The notes beneath the pieces were generated by a model. The model saw nothing but the letters and a program-made list of their open reading frames with translations. It was not told the DNA's origin and searched no databases. From contig OZ024750.1 in NCBI GenBank assembly GCA_964016885.1, positions 40,114,001 through 40,178,000 of the forward strand: a stretch of 64,000 nt of DNA, in the 5' to 3' direction. Of the stretch, positions 53,774-64,000 are shown piece by piece (the first letter of the stretch is position 1; the number at the start of each line of letters is the position of its first letter). The translations under genes were made by a program, and so were the position numbers. Source of the DNA: Eledone cirrhosa (Eukaryota).

Positions 53774-54334
53774 ACAAGAATTGAACTGAGAACTCAAAGT
53801 GAAGTTTGCAACAAGGAAACAGAAACAACAAAGCAAACAACACAGTACAATGAAGAATTATATTAGTTTAACGCTTGATATAGTAGGAAAAGAACTTCTA
53901 TGTTTCGGACACTAGTCCTTCATCAAAAGATAGAATGAGAAGTAAAAGATAAAATAGAAAGATAAAGAAAGAGAAGAGGAACGAACGAATTTTTTTTTTT
54001 TTTTTTTAGAAAAAAGCACGTGCGTATTGAGTCAGCCATTTTGGAGTAACTAGACACCACAACGTATTTTGTCTGGCACTCCACCGCTTCTGTCTTCCTC
54101 TACATTTGAAAGAATTCGTGTCATAAGAAACCAAATTTGTGACAAAAAGGAAAGGAATGGTTGAGATTAGCAGGATATAATCTCTCCACAAAATCGATTC
54201 CAGGTCTCGATCAATAGTTAGTTATTTCATCGACTTTGAGAGAATGCTAAATAAAGTCGACCTCTGATCTGAATTCAGAACGCATGAGGTTGTAACTTAA
54301 TTCCATAAAGTCCTTCATACATCGCTCTACAGTT

Positions 54335-54575
54335 TTTACCTTCTGGTTGATAATATAGAGGAACTATGGCCCTCAAAGTCCTTAATCCATACCTCAAGAG
54401 ATTTTACATTCTGGTTGATAATATAGAGGAACTATGGCCCTCAAAGTCCTTAATCCATACCTCAAGAGATTTTACATTCTGGTTGATAATATAGAGGAAC
54501 TATGGCCCTCAAAGTCCTTAATCCATACCTCAAGAGATTTTACATTCTGGTTGATAATATAGAGGAACTATGGCA
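54335..54575. repeat. 68-bp tandem repeat x~3.5
   Basis: CTGGTTGATAATATAGAGGAACTATGGC at 54343, 54411, 54479 and 54547. Confidence 0.93.
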
Positions 54576-55774
54576 TGTTTGACTATATAACAAAAACACT
54601 GTAGGTTAATTGTCAAAAACAATAGAAAAACTTCACATTTTAAGGCTGTTATATCACTACTGTTAGTATTTTTCACTCCGTTATCATTATCGAGTCCGAT
54701 ATGTCGGCCTGGCAATCATATATGGGTTGAAGCAGATATGTCAAACTGAGGGTACTCCAAGGGCCACATGGGCCACATATGTGTTGTCTGAGGGCCACAC
54801 ATGACAACTAATTGCCCACATTACAACTAATTTTTATTTTATTTTATATTACGAAGATAAAACATGCTCGAGCTGTAAAAAACCTTTGTGCGGGCGGCGG
54901 GTGAGTTTGTAAAGGGCCGCATGTGGGTTAAAGTATAAAATAAGACGTCAACTGAGAAATGTTAGGTCAGCCAAGCCTAGGGAAGAGAACTATTTGGTTG
55001 TATTTCATCATCCTTCAGCTGGCATTTGATTTCATGTCATGATAAACAGATGTTGGGTTTGAAATATGTTGAGACTTATCTTTTCGCAGGTTGCTATTTC
55101 CTTGAGATAACTGAAATAAAATAACGACAGAAATCCTATCTTACCAATGATAACTAAAATTAAAACTATTTATCATTAGAATTATTATGTTATTAGGTAA
55201 CTGCACACACACACATACAGACACACACACACACATACACTCATATACACACACACAGACAGGCAAACACACACACACATACATACAGACAGACAGACAG
55301 GCACACACACACATACATACATACAGACAGACACACACACAAAAACAGACACACACACACAAAGACACGCACACACACAGAAAGACAGACAGATAGACAC
55401 ACACACATACACTCATATACACGCAAACACAAAGATACACTCACATACAGAGAAAGACATACACACACACAGAAAGACAGACAGACACACATACATACAG
55501 AGAAAGACACACACAACGACACACATGGATACAGAGAAAGACACACACACATTCAGGGAAAAACACACACATTCAGAAAAGACACACACATGCACACACA
55601 CACACACACACAGACGCACACGCACACGTACACACACAGACACACAGACGCACACACTCACACACACACACCCCACACCCACCCACACTCACACACACAC
55701 ACCCCACACCCACCCACACGCACATACACATAGACACACAAACACACCCGCCTAACAAATTTGGTCGTAAAAAA

Positions 55775-56370
55775 TAGAGCAGACGATATATCTTTAGTTA
55801 CAACAGCAGAAAATATATCTTCTGCTACAACAGCAGACGCTATATCTTCTGTTACAACAGCAGACGATATATCTTCTGTTACAACAGCAGACGATATAGC
55901 TTCAGCTACAAGAGCAGATGATATATCTTCTGTTACAACAGCAGACGATATATCTTCAGTTACAACAGCAGACGATATATCTTTAGTTACAACAGCAGAC
56001 GATATATCTTTAGTTACAACAGCAGACGCTATATCTTCTGTTACAACAGCAGACGATATATCTTCAGCTCCAACAGCAGACGATATATCTTTAGTTACAA
56101 CAGCAGACGATATATCTTTAGCTACAACAGCAAACGATATATCTTCTGTTACAACAGCAGACGATATATCTTCTGTTACAACAGCAGACGATACTCGTAT
56201 ATCTTTAGTTAGAACAGCAGACGATATATCTTCTGTTACAACATCAGACGATATATTTTCTGCTACAACAGCAGAGGATATATCTTTAGTTACAACAGCA
56301 GACGATATATCTTCTGTTACAACAACAGACGATATATCTTCTGTTACAACAGCAGACGATATATCTTCGA
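55775..56370. repeat. 27-bp minisatellite, ~22 copies (open frame ADDISSVTT)
   Basis: CAGCAGACGATATATCTTCTGTTACAA repeats. Confidence 0.95.
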
Positions 56371-56674
56371 TAGGGCCTCAGATATTAGCTCCAGATCAGA
56401 CTTGATCGTGCTCACTACGTTTTCTTACCATCATAATGTCATGTGTTCGATTCTGGACTGGGTTGTGTGCAGTGTTCTTTGGTCGCAGAAAATAGAGTTG
56501 ATTGAACATAAGATCTTTTGATAGGTTTCTACTTACATCTTATGTAGAGTTATCTTTTTTTTAATGTCTTTTGAAGTTGTAGACTGAGACAGAAACAGGA
56601 AAGTCTAATTTAGGGTTTAGTAGTTACAAGCTACAAGTAGATGTAAATATAATCTGATATGACATACTTTATTT

Positions 56675-56900
56675 GGAGGCTCCTGGCCTTGTGGTAAGGA
56701 TGCTGGGCTTATAATCATAATGTCGTGGGTTCGATTCTTGGGTTGTGTTGTGTTCTTGAGCAAAACACTTCATTTCACGTTGCTCCAGTATACTCAGCAG
56801 AAAATGAGTACCAGCAGCAATAGCTGGTGGTTTAACCCTGCAATGGACTGGTGTCTTTCCAGAGAAGTCGGGCTGTACTCTCAGTCACGGAAACTGTTGA
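56675..56900 (+). mobile_element. tRNA-derived SINE family 2
   Basis: Homologous to 22602-22830. Confidence 0.75.
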
Positions 56901-56995
56901 ATAAGTTGAGTAAAATAAACCTGGGGACAGAAAAGGTTGACAGAAACGCCAGTGGGAATCGTTATATATATATATATATATCGATTCCCACTGAC

Positions 56996-57032
<37 letters not shown>

Positions 57033-57604
57033 CCACATATATTTATTCATTTCTAAAACTTCAGAAGATCCCGTTAAGGGTGAAAGCAGCGATTCTTTGC
57101 TTAAAATTTAATCTGTTATTTTAATAAATATTTGCTCTACGGTTTTATATATTTTTATAAATATATTATCCTTATCGGATTTTAAATCTATTATCCTCTT
57201 CGGATTTTAGTCTTCACATTTATTATTATTACTATATACTAGCAGAAAACCACCCTTAGGGTGGTTTTCTGCTAGCATGTGTAGTGTGTATATTGATATT
57301 ATACGCAAGTATATATGCATGTAGATATGATACATCAAATAAAACCGTAATTGACAATATACACAGAAATTGAACGAAGACTGTGTTACACTGTCTTATG
57401 TAATCAGTAACATAATCCATGATACATAAAAAAAAAACGATATTATATATAAACTGCATTAGGAGAAAATTAGTAACAGAAATTAGTGACGGAAAATTAG
57501 TGACGGAAACTAGTGACCGAAAGTGTTGACATTTGAAAATTTTAAAGAAGTGAATCTTTAATAAACATACACACACACACACTCACACACACTCACATAC
57601 ACAT

Positions 57605-57656
<52 letters not shown>

Positions 57657-57877
57657 AATTAAGTTAAAAATGTACATCCACATATGTATACTGAAATACT
57701 AGTATGCATATGAATACACACACGTATACATATGTAGATGTACCGAGTTTTTCACTGGTCACTTTACTGTGAGTGTCCAGCTATTCTGTATGTAAACACA
57801 CAGACAAACCGGTTTTTAGAGTCATACTGGTTTTTGAGGAAGCACCTTTCCTCTATTCTCCAGAAAGCCAGGCAAGG

Positions 57878-57922
57878 AATATTGAACTAGTTTCGATGTT
57901 GATACATCTCATCAGCAATATT
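57878..57922 (-). ncRNA. Minimal type I hammerhead ribozyme
   Basis: Reverse complement of the 58805-58849 motif, with one change in the stem II loop. Confidence 0.85.
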
Positions 57923-58804
57923 TACCTATCTTCCGGCCTCTCTAGAGAATCGTGAAAGCACATATCGTTATATGCTTTTTCTATGAAAATTAGTAGTGGG
58001 CAGACTAATTTGCATAGAGCGTGAGTACGTACCGGTTCAACGGAGACGATAAAAACAAATAACGAAACGAAATTAAATTTCGTTTCATTTGTAACTCACT
58101 TTTGTATGACTGACGCTTAAACAATTAAGTTAAAAATGTACATCCACATATGTATACTGAAATACTAGTATGCATATGAATACACACACGTATACATATG
58201 TAGATGTACCGAGTTTTTCACTGGTCACTTTACTGTGAGTGTCCAGCTATTCTGTATGTAAACACACAGACAAACCGGTTTTTAGAGTCATACTGGTTTT
58301 TGAGGAAACACCTTTCCTCTATTCTCCAGAAAGCCAGGCAAGGAATATTGAACTAGTTTCGATGTTGTTACTAGTTCAATATTCCTTGCCTTGCTTTCTG
58401 GAGAATAGAGGAAAGGTGTTTCCTCAAAAACCAGTATGACTCTAAAAACCGGTTTGTCTGTGTGTTTACATACAGAATAGCTGGACACTCACAGTAAAGT
58501 GACCAGTGAAAAACTCGGTACATCTACATATGTATACGTGTGTGTATTCATATGCATACTAGTATTTCAGTATACATATGTGGATGTACATTTTTAACTT
58601 AATTGTTTAAGCGTCAGTCATACAAAAGTGAGTTACAAATGAAACGAAATTTAATTTCGTTTCGTTATTTGTTTTTATCGTCTCCGTTGAACCGGTACGT
58701 ACTCACGCTCTATGCAAATTAGTCTGCCCACTACTAATTTTCATAGAAAAAGCATATAACGATATGTGCTTTCACGATTCTCTAGAGAGGCCGGAAGATA
58801 GGTA

Positions 58805-58849
58805 AATATTGCTGATGAGATGTAACAACATCGAAACTAGTTCAATATT
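58805..58849 (+). ncRNA. Minimal type I hammerhead ribozyme
   Basis: AATATTG-CTGATGA-GATGT-AACA-ACATC-GAA-ACTAGT-T-CAATATT: 7-bp stem I, canonical core, 5-bp stem II, palindromic stem III; predicted cut after 58842. Confidence 0.9.
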
Positions 58850-59270
58850 CCTTGCCTGGCTTTCTGGAGAATAGAGGAAAGGTGTTTCCTCAAAAACCAG
58901 TATGACTCTAAAAACCGGTTTGTCTGTGTGTTTACATACAGAATAACTGGACACTCACAGTAAAGTGACCAGTGAAAAACTCGGTACATCTACATATGTA
59001 TACGTGTGTGTATTCATATGCATACTAGTATTTCAGTATACATATGTGGATGTACATTTTTAACTTAATTGTTTAAGCGTCAGTCATACAAAAGTGAGTT
59101 ACAAATGAAACGAAATTTAATTTCGTTTCGTTATTTGTTTTTATCGTCTCCGTTGAACCGGTACGTACTCACGCTCTATGCAAATTAGTCTGCCCACTAC
59201 TAATTTTCATAGAAAAAGCATATAACGATATGTGCTTTCACGATTCTCTAGAGAGGCCGGAAGATAGGTA

Positions 59271-59315
59271 AATATTGCTGATGAGATGTAACAACATCGA
59301 AACTAGTTCAATATT
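59271..59315 (+). ncRNA. Minimal type I hammerhead ribozyme
   Basis: Identical motif 466 bp downstream of the 58805 copy. Confidence 0.9.
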
Positions 59316-59889
59316 CCTTGCCTGGCTTTCTGGAGAATAGAGGAAAGGTGCTTCCTCAAAAACCAGTATGACTCTAAAAACCGGTTTGTCTGTGTGTTTA
59401 CATACAGAATAGCTGGACACTCACAGTAAAGTGACCAGTGAAAAACTCGGTACATCTACATATGTATACGTGTGTGTATTCATATGCATACTAGTATTTC
59501 AGTATACATATGTGGATGTACATTTTTAACTTAATTGTTTAAGCGTCAGTCATACAAAAGTGAGTTACAAATGAAACGAAATTTAATTTCGTTTCGTTAT
59601 TTGTTTTTATATATATATATATATATATATATCCCTGCATTTATCTTTTCATATATCTTTCGGTTTACTTGACTGTATTTTACTATATTGTCTCTCACCC
59701 TATCAGCCTTTTATCCTACCATCTTTATAACTATATCTATATGTTTATCTTATTTTGTTTTTCATTATTTTATTTATTTTTTTTTTTTTTTCATATTCCG
59801 ATTTTATTTTATTCTATCTTATTATTTCTCATTTCCTATCCTTTTCCTCATGTTATTTTCCATGTTATTTTTCATGTCATTATCTCTAC

Positions 59890-60052
59890 ACTTTATTTTA
59901 TCGACCCCGTAAGGATGAAAGGCAAAGTTAACCTAGGAGTTCAAATCCCGCCTAGGTTAACTTTGCCTTTCATCCTTACGGGGTCGATAAAATAAAGTAC
60001 CAGTAATGCACTGGGATAATTGCTGGTCTTGTGCCAAAAGTAGAAACAATTA
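59890..60052. mobile_element. SINE family 1 fragment with 5' fold-back
   Basis: A ~48-bp arm, a 13-nt spacer AGTTCAAATCCCG, then the reverse-complement arm; flanking ATTATCTCTACAC is duplicated. Confidence 0.8.
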
Positions 60053-60242
60053 TCTCTACACCTCAGTATACATGCACTGTATCGCCAGTCCTGAACCAGT
60101 TTTTTGATAATTTGGCTGGTGATAACAATATTTAAAATCGAATGTCAAAGCAGCACCTCAGGTAGCGATTGTTAGACACATCTAGCCAATGAAACATATG
60201 TTAATACTTGTATAGCTTATCCATGTTATTCTTCACTCCTTT

Positions 60243-60317
<75 letters not shown>

Positions 60318-60382
60318 CGTTTCTGAATTTGTTTGGCAACATGACCCTCCCAAAGTATAACAATATATATATATATATATAT

Positions 60383-61140
60383 AGGAAAAGAGTCAGGACC
60401 CCGACGGCAGAGCTCCGGTCGTTTCGATATATATATATATATATATATAGGAAAAAAGTATGACGCCGACGGCAGAGCTCAAGCCGTTTCGACGGCTATT
60501 TCTGAACTAAATTAGAATTCTTAGCCTGGTGAATAAATAGCCGAACTTGTCAAGGGGGTACTTCCTTATATGGGAAGATTGTAGTTGTCAAGAAGATTGG
60601 TTAAAATTTGTTGTAAACACAAATAAGTCTATCATGGCATTTGGTGGGAGGTAGGGTTGGCTGAACTTGCCTGTAGAAGAATAGGGGAGTGAGTGGAGCG
60701 GTCAAGCGTTGAAAGTGATATGTATACAGCAGAATCTGAGGATAGTGTATGAAATGGAGGAGGAGGTTATAGGATAGGTAAATCGAATGAGAATAGGAGA
60801 CAACAAAGAATTTCGCACAGGTCAAACGGGAGGAAGAAGGAGTCTAGTCCCTGAATTCGGTGAACATAAGTTCTGTGAAATCGTAGACAAGAGAGAAAAA
60901 AAGGAACAACCAACCTGGTCAAAGTGTGCGCGAGTTCTCTCGTGTCTACTATTTCACAGAACTTATGTTCACCGAATTCAGGGACTAGACTCCTTCTTCC
61001 TCCCGTTTGACCTGTGCGAAATTCTTTCCTTGCTCACATTTCGACTAGGTTTGATGGTCTTTATTCTCTCTCGTCCACGATTTCACAGAACTTATATTCA
61101 TAGAATTCTGGGACTTGACTTCTTCTTCCTCACTTTTCGT
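60383..61140 (-). mobile_element. Family B element with degenerate HHR and distal inverted segment
   Basis: Homologous to 14637-14990; 60806-60895 is inverted at 60937-61027. Confidence 0.55.
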
Positions 61141-61302
61141 TGCATTACCATCTTTGATTGTTTACAGTCTCGCTCGTTCCCCTTATTTACGTGTCCCAAC
61201 GACTTTCTTTAGCCGTTGCTCGCACCAACCGGAGGTATATGGTCTTTAAAGCGATGAAATACCAATGAAGGTTGGAAGATCACTGATGAAGGACTAACTT
61301 TA

Positions 61303-61415
<113 letters not shown>

Positions 61416-62877
61416 GATATTAAATAAATGTAAACTATATTTATAAAACCATATTTATTTCATTATATATATTTCAGGGATATCATATTAACAATATGTT
61501 ATGCCTTCCTCAGACAAAATACAATATAGACAGTTTTATAGATAAATAGATTTGACATACCGTTCAACATCGACTTGTATTTGAAAAAGTTGATTTGGCA
61601 GTGAAAAATTGTAAACAGAAAGAAAGAAAGAAAGAAAGAAGGAAAGAAAGAAAGAAAACGAAGAAAAAGAAGAAAAAGAAGAAATGCATGCAACAAAATA
61701 GAGAGATGGAAAGATAGATAAAGAGAAGAACTTCATGTAAAGAAACAGAGAGAGATATATATAGAGAGAGGAAATAGATAGAGATAGATATATATAGAGA
61801 AAAGTAGGTAGTTGAACATCCGTTGAATGAACGTATCAATGATACATTTATTTATTTATTTATTTATTTAGCTCTAGTATTAATGTAAGGGAGATATATG
61901 TGGTTAGGAAAGAAACCAGCCGTTATATAGAGAGAAAAATGAAAAGTAACCAGACATAGGCGAGGCAGAATTTAAAAACCCTATGTTTTAATGTAGAAAT
62001 ATTAGTTCGTATAAAAACCAGCCACTATATTGTAAATATCAGTATTCCTGAATGAGACACGTATCTATAATGTGTGAAAAGTAATGATCTTATGTCTAGT
62101 TTTAAAAATTCATATGTTTATATGATAACTACAAACATCGATGTGAATTTACGTGATCAACTCTGCAAACCCCTATTTCACACGGAGAACATTCTCATTG
62201 TGCTATAAAAATTTAAGTATACATATATGTGTATATATACACATATATATAGAGTCTATATTAATTTTAACAATACTATTCTTGTCTTTACTCTACATGA
62301 TTATCTATCAAGCAGAAATAGAGAACAGATTTCAATATATTAATAAAAAATATCAGAAACAAAAACAAAAAATAATAATAATAATAATAATAATAAACAA
62401 ATAAATAAAATAGAAAACTAAAAAATATTACATATTAAAAATAAAAATATTAAAAATATTAAAAAATATTAAAATAATAAAAATAAAAATAAAAACATAA
62501 TAGAAACATAATATGCCACGCAAATCGACCACAAAGATCAACCCTTCAAAATTAATTGACAATATATTGCCAAGTTCATTATAAGCATCAGAGTCGAAAA
62601 CAGATAAAGCTAAAAATTATTTACCAAATCGCGTCTAGCAGAAAACATTTCAAAAAGTTTAGGATGCCCATTTGGTCTACATATGTTCTTATATTTAATA
62701 TAGAAGTGTATCTAGTGTAACGTTTATTCGATATATTTGGAGCATCAACTTTTAGGGTAGTTTAATTTTTCATGAAGAATGTTTAAATAAAAATAAAAAG
62801 AAAAAGAAGAATAAAAAGAAGAAATCGAAAGATTTATCGGCTAGTTTCCCAAATAATTATAAATCAAACTAAATATA

Positions 62878-64000
62878 CTACATTTTAAATTTAAATTTAT
62901 ATTTAAAAGTTGAGTTCAATCTATGTTTGCAGCAACTGAATAAATTTGTCCGTAGATTAAGGGAATTTTTAGATTTTAGTATAAAGAATATCTCCTCCGC
63001 GCAGAGGTCACATGTCTCAGAGGATGAATTAAAAGGAATCCCTCTTGAGACTATATTCCAAGCCGTCGAATATCTAACGTTATCTTGCCTAAGTTGCCAG
63101 AGTACGCCTGATAGTGCTGTTGAAGATTTTTTGCTTGGATCTGTGAAAGAATTCTTGTGGTTATTATAGCGAAGTTTAAATTCCGTCGATGTGGAACCGA
63201 CGTAGTTAAAAGAATTAGAGTCCGTTTTAACATTACAGTTGTATATTATATTTTTAACTAAGCAGTTGTTATTTAACGGACATTTAGATCTATCTCTACA
63301 GTTACATTTGTTAACTTGTATATTATTTATGCTATTATCGCTAGGTTTTAAGTTCCTATTATTTATTCTATTAATATTTTGTGCTAAATTTTTGGTGGAT
63401 GAGTAGGTTAATTTTATAGTATGTCTATTGAAAATTGAGTGATACCTATGTGTTCTAGGGAATCGATTATCAAGAGCTTTAAAAAATAGTTTAGCGATGT
63501 GGGTTTTAATGTTTAGTGAGAAAGAGGGGGCAAACCATATTATGTTCCTAGTTCTATTTCTTTTTTGGCTTTTGGAATTATTGTAATGCTTTCTATTATA
63601 GTTGTTAAGGTTGTGGCCGTAATTAAAATAGTTGTTATTTTGTTTAGTTTGTCTATCATTATCTATGTACATAATCTTATCACTATATCCTGCTCTAGCT
63701 AACGCTTCATTGTAGTACTGGGCTTTTTCGTCGAAAATCTTTCTATTAGACGAGATTCTAGAGATACGTTTTTGAACAGAGTTTACTATAGTGTTTTTGA
63801 CAGATCTGGGGTGGTTAGAGTTAAAGCTGACATAGTTTAAGTTTTCATTCAACTTGTGAAAAGGATAGTGAAGACATGTGTTGAGATTTAATGTTATATC
63901 TAGGAAATTGACTATTCTATGGTTGTTCTCAATTTCTATTTTTAGATTAAAGTAATTAAAAAATTGTGTAATTTGTTTTCTTTTTCTATTTAGTTCAGAG
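62878..64000 (-). CDS. Penelope-like element ORF (RT C-terminus + GIY-YIG endonuclease), 5' part beyond the window
   Basis: The frame is open to the window edge: ..VNFLDITLNL..YVSFNSNHP..AGY..IIWFAPSFS..CNCR..CPL..C..NIIYNC..YVGST..FKLRYNNH..CDLCAEE..CKH, characteristic of Penelope/Poseidon-type PLEs. Confidence 0.92.
   Translation of the reverse strand, partial: SELNRKRKQITQFFNYFNLKIEIENNHRIVNFLDITLNLNTCLHYPFHKLNENLNYVSFNSNHPRSVKNTIVNSVQKRISRISSNRKIFDEKAQYYNEALARAGYSDKIMYIDNDRQTKQNNNYFNYGHNLNNYNRKHYNNSKSQKRNRTRNIIWFAPSFSLNIKTHIAKLFFKALDNRFPRTHRYHSIFNRHTIKLTYSSTKNLAQNINRINNRNLKPSDNSINNIQVNKCNCRDRSKCPLNNNCLVKNIIYNCNVKTDSNSFNYVGSTSTEFKLRYNNHKNSFTDPSKKSSTALSGVLWQLRQDNVRYSTAWNIVSRGIPFNSSSETCDLCAEEIFFILKSKNSLNLRTNLFSCCKHRLNSTFKYKFKFKM

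Larger units (their letters stand above)
57652..59610. mobile_element. Retrozyme-like array: 466-bp non-coding tandem unit with a minimal type I hammerhead, folded back, between (TA)n tracts
   Basis: ~2.7 direct units (58370-59610) and ~1.5 inverted units (57652-58369); HHRs at 58805 and 59271 (+) and 57878 (-). Confidence 0.8.

Noticed and set aside
57773-59420. Repeated 60-66 aa ORFs (MSSYSVCKH...)
   Set aside because: They have GTG starts, lie antisense to the hammerhead, show no recognisable domain, and recur only because of the tandem repeat.
62045-62095. CTGAATGA-GACAC..GTGT-GAAA hammerhead-like motif near the Penelope ORF
   Set aside because: The core has an extra base, stems I and III are not convincing, and it is antisense to the ORF.

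Overview
This is eukaryotic, AT-rich, repeat-saturated non-genic DNA. The (TA)n/(CA)n density and SINE families suggest a mollusc, probably an octopod cephalopod (inference). No host gene was recognised. Coding elements: an apparently intact full-length L1/Tx1-clade LINE (ORF1 with zinc knuckle; ORF2 APE-RT-CCHC, ~29.6-35.4 kb), the 3' part of a Penelope-like element ORF (RT C-terminus + GIY-YIG, running off the right edge), and relics of CRE-, CR1- and RTE-type LINEs. There are also two tRNA-derived SINE families, piggyBac MITEs and a Helitron-like element. Main signal: many sequence-unrelated type I hammerhead ribozyme (HHR) motifs sit in short non-coding units between (TA)n tracts, often as fold-back structures. 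These include a 466-bp tandem, retrozyme-like array whose inversion point lies inside the ribozyme, and a 122-bp palindrome encoding a complete hammerhead on both strands. Second theme: satellites born inside TEs, including a ~10-kb 41-bp array inside a single SINE and a 79-bp array inside a CRE endonuclease region. Family assignments rest on motif recognition by eye, without database searches. Most short ORFs in the track are microsatellite artefacts.
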